DNA of 64,000 nt from Candidatus Obscuribacterales bacterium (GTDB lineage Bacteria; Cyanobacteriota; Vampirovibrionia; Obscuribacterales; Obscuribacteraceae). Below, piece after piece: positions 40,022 to 48,972 of the stretch. Position numbers and translations under genes: made by a program. Each line of letters starts with the position of its first letter. Positions within the stretch are counted from its first letter, which is position 1. The stretch covers positions 768,001 to 832,000 of the forward strand of contig CBDDIJ010000003.1 in NCBI GenBank assembly GCA_965228855.1, given 5' to 3'. The notes below the pieces were generated by a model. The model saw only the letters and a list, made by a program, of their open reading frames with translations, had not been told where the DNA came from and did not search any database.

Positions 40022-41707
40022 CTAGCAGGAGGAGCAGCCGCCAGCGCAGTCTCCGGCAGCGCCGCAACAGTCGGCGCTCGCGCAACAATCCGCTCCCCCG
40101 CTACCGCAGCATTCTCCCGCGCCTGCGCAAGCGTCTGCACCTGCACAACAGCCGCCGCCGCCAGCGCAGCACTCTGCTCCCGCATTGCAATGCGCGCACG
40201 TTTCGCAGCACGCGTCCGTCGGCAAGCAGCAGTCCCAAAAGACTTCGCAACCAGAGTCACAGCAACAAGGCGCCCAGCAAGGTGCAGGACGGGCTGTATG
40301 GTCGCGAGAGCGTCGATATCTGTCGTGATTATTTACACCCTTTTGTGTCGGCGATTCGTCTGGGGAGGAGCCATTTTTCGAGGAATTGGTTGAGATTACG
40401 GTTTTGGATGCTGAAATTTCTTTGGCACCACCATCGGTGCTGCTCTCCATCGCGTATGCGTAGGCGAACCCTTTCTTGCTTGCTCCGATCATCGAAGTGG
40501 TCGCTGCATTGATTAACGAACCAAATGCAGACCCCCAGAAGATGAGATTGAAAGGAAGATCGAAGCATTCCCGGTAGGACCTTATCGACCTGGTTTGTAC
40601 AGGACTAAGAAGTGCAGCCGACAGAACAAATATGTAAACGAAAGCGCGAAAAGAAACGTAGAAGAATCGCACCGCAGGTGGTGCGCAACTGGTCTCTATC
40701 TGATCCGAGAGCTGCTCAGCGCGTGAGCGTGCCATGACCCATCGAGACTGAGATTCGTTTCTTGTGTGACCGCAGGACGCGGCAATTGAGTTCGTATTTG
40801 AAACCTTTGGTTTGACCACCTTCAAATCGAAACCGGTTTTTCTCTGTACATTGGAGATTAGTCGGTTTTCGTACTCTTGCTGTAGTTTCCTATCAAGTTT
40901 CAGAAGGCTGAGGTCTTCAAGCAAAGCGCAGACAGTTTTGATTGTGAGAGTTTCTACCTCATCGATGACTCTGCCTGGTGCTGATGCAGAATTGAAATCA
41001 AAACTGCTGGCGATTGCGTTAAATGACTTTGTACGGAAGTCTCGTTGAATGTCTTCGAGGGCATCAATCAAGTAGATCAATGAGCCAAAATTGAATCCGA
41101 GCCTTCGCATTGCGTCTGTTTCTTCATCGGTACCGCCCATGATGGCGGCACTGTGTTCGAACACTAGCGATGTAATCGTCGCTGTCGGCTCTGCAAAATG
41201 ACGAAGTCGTTCAACCGGCGTCAAATTTGTGACCGCCGCGCGTTCTCTTGCCGCTTGCTGATTGAACCAAAGTGAGATCGATTCCAGTGGAAACCCAAGT
41301 GCGGTGAGTTCATCCGTTGATTGCAGGAAAACCGAAGAGAAATAGTATTGAGCACCATGAAACAGCGGAGAGCCAGAGTCTTCGACGTGGTCATCGAGCT
41401 TCAATTCCAAAAGAAGCATCGACACAGACGATGCAATTTTCAGCTCGCGCGGAACACTCGAGACGTCCGGAAGCGTCAAGCAGTTTAGTGATTGAAATTC
41501 TGGTGACCACCTGGAAAGTTCAGTTTCGCTGCTGGAGATTGCCAAAAGTAATTCCGCTAGAAACACGACATCATTGTTCAAAACCATGCGCGCCGGATGA
41601 CCGTATAGGGAACCGATTGCTTTGCAGGTTCCGCAGTAGAGCAGACGTCGCCGATACAACTGCTCCTCATCTTTATGGCAGGTGGTAACATTCATCAAGC
41701 CAAACAT
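40022..41707 (-). CDS. DUF5685-like protein with Cys-rich C-terminal tail
   Basis: MFG..YCGTCK..G...R..LNND N-terminus; KLDDHVED, YLIDALEDIQRD, FNAI; last 85 aa contain 25 Cys. Confidence 0.8.
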   Translation of the reverse strand: MFGLMNVTTCHKDEEQLYRRRLLYCGTCKAIGSLYGHPARMVLNNDVVFLAELLLAISSSETELSRWSPEFQSLNCLTLPDVSSVPRELKIASSVSMLLLELKLDDHVEDSGSPLFHGAQYYFSSVFLQSTDELTALGFPLESISLWFNQQAARERAAVTNLTPVERLRHFAEPTATITSLVFEHSAAIMGGTDEETDAMRRLGFNFGSLIYLIDALEDIQRDFRTKSFNAIASSFDFNSASAPGRVIDEVETLTIKTVCALLEDLSLLKLDRKLQQEYENRLISNVQRKTGFDLKVVKPKVSNTNSIAASCGHTRNESQSRWVMARSRAEQLSDQIETSCAPPAVRFFYVSFRAFVYIFVLSAALLSPVQTRSIRSYRECFDLPFNLIFWGSAFGSLINAATTSMIGASKKGFAYAYAMESSTDGGAKEISASKTVISTNSSKNGSSPDESPTQKGVNNHDRYRRSRDHTARPAPCWAPCCCDSGCEVFWDCCLPTDACCETCAHCNAGAECCAGGGGCCAGADACAGAGECCGSGGADCCASADCCGAAGDCAGGCSSC

Positions 41708-41715
41708 TTATCCGC

Positions 41716-42765
41716 CTATTGAATTTCGACAGTACCAGCAATTTGCTTTAGCCCGCGCAAGCACATGCTCAGCTCCATGAGTGGTCGAGTCATCTGCAGA
41801 ACAGTAGCTTTGAGATCTCGAAGCATACTGGCTCTATCGTTGAGCAGATCTATGTTTATATCACTTTGATCAAGACCGGTTATTTTGCGTATCTTCTCCG
41901 TCGTCACGCCGTCTCGGAGGGTATGGATATTCTGGTTACCTTCCCAATAAGAAAGAAGCATCTCTCTTCGAGTTACTGAGGAATTTGTTGGGCACAGATT
42001 TAGATGTTTCCATACGCTGTCGGGAAAGTCTGTTCTTGGGATAACAGGCTGATCATAAAATTTGCAGAGCATATTAGGATAAGCCTTGCGCTCATGGTGT
42101 TTTCCTCCTGACGAACGCATCGCAAATTCCGAAAACATGGATGGAACCAATCCGGCAACAATCCCAACAGTACCTGACGGAATCGAAAGGCGCGGATGCT
42201 TGTAAGTCGGTACCGTGAATGCTTCGGCCGCGGCCCAGAGGATGCCATTCGTGCGGAATGCCCACAAGTTTGCTCTATCGACCCGTTCATTTCTCTCATT
42301 CTCGTACCAGGTCAAAACCTCCTCGACAGACGCCTGTTCTTCCTGAATTTCAGCTGCAGCAAAATCAATTTCTAATCTCGTTTGTTCGATGACTTCGATG
42401 ATTTCGAGTTTTAACTCCGAAATGTTCTGCCTCAGGTCCATCGAGAGTTTTCCGGAGTTAGCTTCCTGTGCGGCGTTCGCTTGAAGAAGTTTCAACCTGG
42501 AAAGTTTCGACATAAGATCAAGTGTCGTGGCAAGTTGCACCGCATCTGGTGATAAGTTCAGAGATCGAGGATCACTTGGCTTTTCAAATATTGGCAGTTC
42601 AATCTTATCGGCCTGGTTTTTCTTTCTTTGTATCAAGGGCAATTTGATTGCTGCACACGCATTCTGACAGCCAAGGATCTGAGTAGATAAAAATGAGGAG
42701 ACGCCGAACAGCACAGCGAGTACAGCTCTAAGGGGGCAAGAAATATAATCGATTCGGGGCATCAT
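41716..42765 (-). CDS. Secreted/membrane coiled-coil hypothetical protein
   Basis: Long ORF with hydrophobic N-region, helical heptads and a GTVGIVAGLV hydrophobic segment; 8 nt upstream of the DUF5685 gene; start uncertain. Confidence 0.7.
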   Translation of the reverse strand: MMPRIDYISCPLRAVLAVLFGVSSFLSTQILGCQNACAAIKLPLIQRKKNQADKIELPIFEKPSDPRSLNLSPDAVQLATTLDLMSKLSRLKLLQANAAQEANSGKLSMDLRQNISELKLEIIEVIEQTRLEIDFAAAEIQEEQASVEEVLTWYENERNERVDRANLWAFRTNGILWAAAEAFTVPTYKHPRLSIPSGTVGIVAGLVPSMFSEFAMRSSGGKHHERKAYPNMLCKFYDQPVIPRTDFPDSVWKHLNLCPTNSSVTRREMLLSYWEGNQNIHTLRDGVTTEKIRKITGLDQSDINIDLLNDRASMLRDLKATVLQMTRPLMELSMCLRGLKQIAGTVEIQ

Positions 42766-42802
42766 TCCAACTGGTTGGATTCGAGAAGCACAGTGCTCAA
42801 CA

Positions 42803-42837
42803 ATTATAGAGGTTTGGACAATGTTGTCCAAACCTCT
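42803..42837 (-). promoter_or_regulatory. Sigma70-type promoter overlapped by a perfect 14-2-14 palindrome
   Basis: Minus strand TTGGAC-N17-TATAAT; AGAGGTTTGGACAA-tg-TTGTCCAAACCTCT (42808-42837). Confidence 0.7.
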
Positions 42838-42944
42838 GTCGTCATTGAACCACTGTGTATGCGATCTACCGAGGATCTATATGCACAGTTGATTCAATCG
42901 ATTTTCGATGACGGCTTCCAGGGATAAAAGCCGGCTTTTACTGT

Positions 42945-43445
42945 TTAGATACGAGTAGCGGCACCGCTGACCTTTACGTGCTCAGCAGCCTCATCATTAT
43001 ATTGCTCGCCATTTAGCAACGCTTTGGTCAAGCCTATTGCGTGCATGACGGCGCTGGATGGCGTAGACCAGTATTCTGCGATCTCGGGAGTAATTTGAAT
43101 CACACGCACACCTTGCTCGGGACCATCCGGGAACCAAGCCTTAAGCGGAAGACTCCATAGCTCGCGAATCTTGTCCAGATTTCTCGATTCTTCAGCGGTG
43201 CCGGAGAGCGAAACGTATACTTGCGCTTTCATATCCATGAAACTGATGTTGACCGCGTCGTAATTTTGAATCTCGTCGATCTTTGCTGTTTTATCTTCAC
43301 TTAACAGCCAGAGTGTGTTGTCTTCGTCAACCCGCTGAATTGCCATCGGACGACTGCGGATTACCCCGTTATCAATTGTCGAAAACATTACGACCCGAGC
43401 ATCCTTGAGTAACTCGTGCAATCTCGATTGTTGCTTACCTTTCAT
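42945..43445 (-). CDS. Pyridoxamine-5'-phosphate-oxidase-like general stress protein (Gsp26/YdaG-like)
   Basis: RSRPM, LWLL, YVSLSG, LW...KAWFPDGP, AEYW; GGAGG RBS. Confidence 0.88.
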   Translation of the reverse strand: MKGKQQSRLHELLKDARVVMFSTIDNGVIRSRPMAIQRVDEDNTLWLLSEDKTAKIDEIQNYDAVNISFMDMKAQVYVSLSGTAEESRNLDKIRELWSLPLKAWFPDGPEQGVRVIQITPEIAEYWSTPSSAVMHAIGLTKALLNGEQYNDEAAEHVKVSGAATRI

Positions 43446-43475
43446 ATGTCCTCCCTGAAATTTCGTTTTCTTTCG

Positions 43476-43502
43476 GGACTGGCACTAGAACGGTTTGGTT
43501 CC
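43476..43502 (-). promoter_or_regulatory. ECF-sigma-type promoter candidate
   Basis: Minus strand GGAACCA-N16-GTCC, about 30 nt upstream of ATG 43445. Confidence 0.6.
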
Positions 43503-43524
43503 CAGTTGTGAATTTAGAGCCACT

Positions 43525-44574
43525 TTAACTAAGGGAGGCGGCTGGAACTTGTTCATTTGTTTTTTTATTGGCGCGCGGACCCATACAGGCAAGAAACAGA
43601 CCGACCGGCCAGAGAAAAGGAACTATTGATCCGAGCAAGGTTACAACGCTAACCCAGACCAACTGACTGCCGCGCTTACCTCTGGTAGCCGCCACTACGA
43701 TCGGCAGAATCACTCCTGCCAGCAATGCGATGACACCAAATATGGTGACGCCCTGGACCAGCAGCCAACCATTGCTCTCGTTGACGCCCATTTTGTCAAG
43801 GATCATGTAGATTACGCCGGGAACTGCCAGTGATGAAATCGCAAGAACGATAGAGGCGAACGCCATCTGAATCGCGCGTGAAAACTTCTTGATGCACACC
43901 AGTGCAAAGGCCACGAGGAGTAAGTAGAAGGCATATGTGAATCCGGTAAACTCCAACACGCAGCCGAGCGTACTGAGAAACTCCTCCGGAATTTCCGGAT
44001 AGGGCAGGGCTGAGTCAGGAATCCACGGTTCAAAAGCAAAATGAAGAAGGACCGGTGCCCCGACCGGAGCGGGTGGGATTTCGAATTTACCGGCAGTTTC
44101 GATTGCTTTAACGGCGCTTTCATCAAATTCTTTAGACTCTGATGGCGCCACCACTGTGACATTACTGACGGTACCATTCTCGGATACGTTGAATGCCAGA
44201 ACCGGATAGTTGAAAAACGCCTTTTTCGGCTGCCAATGCTTGTAAACGTCACGGCGAACCCTTGCCTGATAAGCCTGATACTCAGGACTGTCTTCGCGTG
44301 CTTGAGCGGACTCCACCATTTCAGAGGGAGATGGTCTGCGGGCCTCTGGCGGCGTTTGTGTTTTTGCCGCATCTGGTAATTCTACTGCTGTAAAGCTTCC
44401 TTTCGGCGCCGCAGTTGCCGCTGGTGTAGAGGTCAGAGGGGATCCCGCTGAAACCTGTTTAACTGGATTTTTTTCAGCGGCAGTGTCGCGAGCGTGGGCT
44501 ATTCCAGGCAATGTTAATGCTAGCGCGGCGATTGCAAAAGTGCTCACCGTCCGATTTCTGACTGAGGAGTTCAT
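43525..44574 (-). CDS. Secreted TonB-C/TolA-like domain fused to a C-terminal multi-TM region
   Basis: Signal peptide; YQARVRRDVYKHW..FNVSENGTVSNV..SESKEFDESAVKAIETAGKF..PP; about 4 hydrophobic helices. Confidence 0.75.
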   Translation of the reverse strand: MNSSVRNRTVSTFAIAALALTLPGIAHARDTAAEKNPVKQVSAGSPLTSTPAATAAPKGSFTAVELPDAAKTQTPPEARRPSPSEMVESAQAREDSPEYQAYQARVRRDVYKHWQPKKAFFNYPVLAFNVSENGTVSNVTVVAPSESKEFDESAVKAIETAGKFEIPPAPVGAPVLLHFAFEPWIPDSALPYPEIPEEFLSTLGCVLEFTGFTYAFYLLLVAFALVCIKKFSRAIQMAFASIVLAISSLAVPGVIYMILDKMGVNESNGWLLVQGVTIFGVIALLAGVILPIVVAATRGKRGSQLVWVSVVTLLGSIVPFLWPVGLFLACMGPRANKKTNEQVPAASLS

Positions 44575-44630
44575 AGGTGCCTTCGTGTTTCGGGGCGCTT
44601 CCGGTTTAACTGCCCCCGAGCCATTATAGT

Positions 44631-45611
44631 TTATGTGTTCGCCAACTGCCGCTGATGTTCAGTTCTATCTTCATCTGCCAGCGGGGGAGCTGACACGAAC
44701 TGACGCTCCATTGCCGCTACAAAAGAGAGCATTGCGGCGTGATTGTCGATGTCGCTGGAATCGGCTAGTGGCGGGGGCGGTATCAAGGCTTCAACCCGTG
44801 GTGCCATTACCAAAGAATCTGGAAGCCACTCTTGAAGATCGCCCTCCAATAGTTCCTTTACTGTTTGTAAAATTCGAGCCGCCTGGTAGAGGTGAATTGA
44901 GCGCTGATCATAGTTGAGTCCTATCGCTACGATTGGACGAGATACGACCTCGCCGTCTCGGACCACCGCTTGCTCCGAAGCGGTTCCTATGGAGAACGAA
45001 CAGCCGCATAGACTCGGGCAGGTCAGTCCATCTGCACCGTATTTGCCGAGTGAAGTAAGACCGAATGTGGCTTTCTGAAATGCCAGCCTGAGAAACGGAA
45101 TACGTTTTGCAACTTCTAAAATAATCGTCCGCATAAATAGCGGAAAATATGAAAATAGGTTTTGTTGGAATAAGGGTTGAACCTTTTCAATAGGAAGTTG
45201 AGCGTATTCCTGTAATTCTGCACCCATCTGTTCAAGCGGCTTTTCTATTGGCGACTCGATTTCGCCCAGGAGCACTGTAGGCTGTCCGTTGATAATTCGT
45301 TCGACTGTGAACCCTGCAACAATGTTGTTGTAGGTAACGCGGCGACCGAAGGGCAGCCATTCTGTCCTGCTCTCGGGATGTAGTCTCTGGGCGACGGCGA
45401 TTGCTTTGAGAAGAATCGCAGTGATAGTCACATTCTTGCCGCTTCGCTTCAGTTCCTTGCGGAGCTTATTAGCCCAAGTCAGGTCAACGTCGGCAAACAT
45501 CAAACCAGCTTCTTTGCTCGCGACGCGATTGAGAAGCGAAACTATCGTGCGTCGGCTGCGTGGCACCGGCGCAATGACAAAGCTTTTTCCGCGTTTGGAT
45601 TCGGCTTGCAC
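44631..45611 (-). CDS. Stand-alone 2-oxo-acid dehydrogenase E2/CAT-like catalytic-domain protein
   Basis: DVDLT, TITAILLKAIA, TFGLTSLG, AVVRDGEVV, LNYDQR; no lipoyl domain. Confidence 0.75.
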   Translation of the reverse strand: MQAESKRGKSFVIAPVPRSRRTIVSLLNRVASKEAGLMFADVDLTWANKLRKELKRSGKNVTITAILLKAIAVAQRLHPESRTEWLPFGRRVTYNNIVAGFTVERIINGQPTVLLGEIESPIEKPLEQMGAELQEYAQLPIEKVQPLFQQNLFSYFPLFMRTIILEVAKRIPFLRLAFQKATFGLTSLGKYGADGLTCPSLCGCSFSIGTASEQAVVRDGEVVSRPIVAIGLNYDQRSIHLYQAARILQTVKELLEGDLQEWLPDSLVMAPRVEALIPPPPLADSSDIDNHAAMLSFVAAMERQFVSAPPLADEDRTEHQRQLANT

Positions 45612-45717
45612 GGTTTTCTTACCTTGAAAGTGATTGACATTATAAACCGTTTAGCAAAAACGGTGAGTTATCTTGGATTAAGATTCTGCTTTGCAAGTCG
45701 TTCTCAAGAGGGAGGCT

Positions 45718-46695
45718 TCACTGCTCTTGTCGCATTTTTGCTTTGCCCTGTTCCAAAACCTTCACCAGTAAAGATTCTTTGAAGTTCTCAAGTGTCGGAG
45801 CGCTGTCAATAGGTTCGAATATCTCGCGATACCAGTTTTCGTTACCACATTTTTCGGACCAGTCGTCGAGATTGTCCCATTCACCATCATTCAGTCCGAG
45901 GACGAAGCGAGCGCGATATGGGTCAATTCCCTCTATCTCATATATCGGAACCCGAAGATCCCTTCCATGACCGGAGTCGAAGAAAATGTGCTCGGATGAA
46001 TCTATATCGACGTCAGAAAAAATGTCGTAACGAACGATCAGATTTTGCGCTTCTTCAATAAAGCTATCGTGGCGGCGTTTGCCCTTCTCCGTAAGTTTGT
46101 AAGCGACCTTCTCAACGTCGATTTCTATAAGACCTTCGGTTTCAGCCCATTTGATTATGTCGTGAAGCTCGGCAAGTTCCTTAGTAACGTCTATCAATTT
46201 TCCGACGCCAACTTGATGAAGAAACATCAGCCGTGAAAGCTCTTCGATAGAGCCTGTCTGGGAGCTCACGCTTGAAGTGCCACCGCTTTCAGTACCGTAA
46301 CCAGTACCGTTAGAGCCACTGGAAGCAATACCGAATATGGTACCAGAAACTGAGAGGTCGCACCGGCGATACTCGACACCGTCGTGAGAGGCGGGACGGA
46401 ACGCACCAGAAATGGTGGCGTCGGGATCTAGGTCCAACCCATTAGCTTTCAGGTTAACGCCGTCCCTGATATACAGTCCCTGTTCGTCTTTATCGAACAG
46501 GATTTGTTGGATGGCTTCGAAATCTTTTAGTTGTCCCTGCGGTAAGATGCCATTCTCAATTAGCCGAGCTGGCTGTTCGCAGCCTAAATAGTCGAAAACC
46601 AGGTCGATCGCGCTCTTTTGCACATCACGCTGTGCGAGACTAAGCACAGCCATGTGCTGCCCACTCGCGTCGGCAACATGAAGGATAAACTGCAT
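45718..46695 (-). CDS. Hypothetical protein with internal winged-helix-like segment
   Basis: EGLIEID..YKLTEKG wing motif; YDIFSDV, GRDLRV, GIDPYRARF; ATG 46695 is 2 nt after the upstream stop. Confidence 0.7.
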   Translation of the reverse strand: MQFILHVADASGQHMAVLSLAQRDVQKSAIDLVFDYLGCEQPARLIENGILPQGQLKDFEAIQQILFDKDEQGLYIRDGVNLKANGLDLDPDATISGAFRPASHDGVEYRRCDLSVSGTIFGIASSGSNGTGYGTESGGTSSVSSQTGSIEELSRLMFLHQVGVGKLIDVTKELAELHDIIKWAETEGLIEIDVEKVAYKLTEKGKRRHDSFIEEAQNLIVRYDIFSDVDIDSSEHIFFDSGHGRDLRVPIYEIEGIDPYRARFVLGLNDGEWDNLDDWSEKCGNENWYREIFEPIDSAPTLENFKESLLVKVLEQGKAKMRQEQ

Positions 46696-46697
46696 GC

Positions 46698-47534
46698 TTA
46701 CCTTCTCCGACCGCCCCATCCGCGAGATCTGCCGCCACCGAAAATACTTCCGGAAGAGCGGCGTCCACCCCAGATTGAACGCGAACTCGAATTGTTTGAA
46801 CTGCTGCCAAAGCCGCCCCAGGACCTTTTCGTGGTTGTACCCGTGGTGCTGGTGCTTGAGCTGGTGCCGAAGCCACGTTTACTTGTAAATCCGCTGCCCG
46901 CCGCCTTCTTCTGATAGCGAGAGTTAAAAGATTCGTTTGACGTCTTCTGACCACTATATGCGGTGCTGTTTCTAAAACTATTGCGATCGTCCCGGATGAT
47001 TACCGTTCGATTGTACGGCGTGTAGTAGCGGCCGCCCCAGCCGCCCATCAGATGCGAAAGCACCATCATTTGTACAAATGGACTGTCCAGAATACTGTGA
47101 GAGCCAGCATAGTACGGCTGCCCGGAGTGGTCGCTCACCTTATATGGAAGTTCGTTATTTGTGACGTCGCCGGTTTGTTCGATTGTGAACAGTTTTTCTT
47201 CGCCGTCTTGAAACCCTTGTTCCTTCTGGTTTTCTATGTAACCAGTTACGGTCAGGCTACCAGTTTTTCGGCTTGCGTCGATGGAAACGACCTCATTGCC
47301 CTCGTAAATCTCATTGACGCGTTTTTCGAACGCCCCCATCCACTCATTGAAGTCCTTACCTTTTGTGTTCCAAAACGCTTCCTTCACCTCATCCAGGTTG
47401 ATCTTGGCCGATTCGCCTTTTACCTGCGATGAAACATAGTGTTCGACCGACTCCGGTCCGCGAGGCGCTCCGCAGCTAGATAGGCTGCCTGCGACGAGTA
47501 TTGTTGCGAGCAAAAGCGTAATGTGTTTTTTCAT
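46698..47534 (-). CDS. Lipoprotein with Gly/Ser/Arg-rich C-terminal tail
   Basis: Lipobox LSSC; FEKRVNEIY; tail SKRGFG..RSWGGFG..GGGRSRGWGGRRR. Confidence 0.8.
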   Translation of the reverse strand: MKKHITLLLATILVAGSLSSCGAPRGPESVEHYVSSQVKGESAKINLDEVKEAFWNTKGKDFNEWMGAFEKRVNEIYEGNEVVSIDASRKTGSLTVTGYIENQKEQGFQDGEEKLFTIEQTGDVTNNELPYKVSDHSGQPYYAGSHSILDSPFVQMMVLSHLMGGWGGRYYTPYNRTVIIRDDRNSFRNSTAYSGQKTSNESFNSRYQKKAAGSGFTSKRGFGTSSSTSTTGTTTKRSWGGFGSSSNNSSSRSIWGGRRSSGSIFGGGRSRGWGGRRR

Positions 47535-47919
47535 GGCGTCTCTTAGGTCTGTGTTCGGCGGTTGAATATAGCACTATTAAGGAGATCAGGTCTGAGCTTT
47601 CATAAATCTGATTGTATGTAAACCCCTGGCTCGACACCCTTTTCATAGTCTTTAATTTAGCTTGATGCGAAAACCTGGGACGGTTGCCGGTTTGACATCC
47701 GAATACGGTTAGACACGTGTATTCGAGGATGGCATCGTCGGTCAGGGATAAGTTTTTTAGTTGGACGAAACCCCTCTAGACAAAGTCGCATGGTTAGAGC
47801 AATTACGCATGCGATGTAGAAACAGGCAAACCTTGACAAAAAGGGCTCAAAAACCAGTCGCGCAAGTTTTTCATTCGTGGCACGCTGTTCTCGTTGCCAC
47901 CGAATGGAGCTGACTAATT

Positions 47920-48972
47920 ATGGTTATGGATGTGTTATCTCAGATTCTTGCAGGCCAAAGTGCACAGGGGAGCAATCAGACGCCTTCGAGCACCGCTCTG
48001 GAAGCGCTTGCTGTTTTCGCGCAAAAAATTCAGAAAAATGAGTCTGAATTCAAGTCTATGAGCGATTATGCTCTGCTCGAAAAACTCAAAGCTTTTGGTG
48101 TGAACATTGACCGACCCTCGCTTGAAAAACTGTGCGAGAAGCATGTTTCTATTGATGAGTTTGTAACTCCCTGGGTAGAGAAAGCGATGGACACGCTCGA
48201 TGATACGAGTGATGTCGACAGCATCATGCTAATCACAATGGAACTTTGGGACCGCTGGTTCCCTGAGAAACCTTCTTTTGCTCGGTATGTCGGTCTTGTA
48301 GAAGATGGATATTTCAAGATGAAACAGGATGAGCAAGCACTGCGAGCTGCACTGTGGAAGCAGGCCCATGATGAAATGATCCGCCTGATGAAGAAGACCA
48401 AAATTCGTACGCTCGCTGAGTTGGATGAAGCTTCTGAAGCGTTGCGCTGCACTATTCACTGGGCGGAGAGTTTCGTCATTCTTCTCGGTAAACTGGGCGA
48501 CAAAGATGACTCATATCATCAATTGCGCGTGGATGTCTGTGAAGAGATGCTAGAACTGCTTGATTGCGAAGACGAGCGATTCATGCGTTTCTTGCGAAAG
48601 TCTCTGGCTCAGTCCTGCTTCAAATTTGGCGCGGAGGATACGACGACTCGTTTGTACAAGGGGTGGCTTGCAGAGGACAAGCGCTGGGGCAAGGGATATG
48701 TCGCGTGGGCGAAGTGTTATGAAGGTCGTAATGATGCTATCGGCGTTCAGATTGCGGAGCAGATTTTACGAGAAGGTTTAGGAGTGAGCAAGGTAAACGA
48801 TCGCGAATCGATCTTGCGCAGTTTGGCAAACAATCTGAAACGTCAAAATCGCACGAAGGAGGCGGCGCTGATTTTCAACAAGCTGAAGAAGTCTCCCAAC
48901 GCAATGCCAGAGTGCGAGGATGATTCTTATGAGGGATGTTCTTGCGGTGAACCGAACGAGGACGAGGATTAA
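47920..48972 (+). CDS. Helical hypothetical protein (resembles SEC-C-associated TPR-like proteins)
   Basis: LWDRWFPEKPS, WLAEDKRWGKGYVAWAKCY, AEQILREGL; acidic C-terminus with CSCG. Confidence 0.65.
   Translation: MVMDVLSQILAGQSAQGSNQTPSSTALEALAVFAQKIQKNESEFKSMSDYALLEKLKAFGVNIDRPSLEKLCEKHVSIDEFVTPWVEKAMDTLDDTSDVDSIMLITMELWDRWFPEKPSFARYVGLVEDGYFKMKQDEQALRAALWKQAHDEMIRLMKKTKIRTLAELDEASEALRCTIHWAESFVILLGKLGDKDDSYHQLRVDVCEEMLELLDCEDERFMRFLRKSLAQSCFKFGAEDTTTRLYKGWLAEDKRWGKGYVAWAKCYEGRNDAIGVQIAEQILREGLGVSKVNDRESILRSLANNLKRQNRTKEAALIFNKLKKSPNAMPECEDDSYEGCSCGEPNEDED

Noticed and set aside
39931..40512. Ala/Arg-rich overlapping ORFs
   Set aside because: Alternative-frame and antisense products of the TGC/GGC/GCG-rich Cys tail
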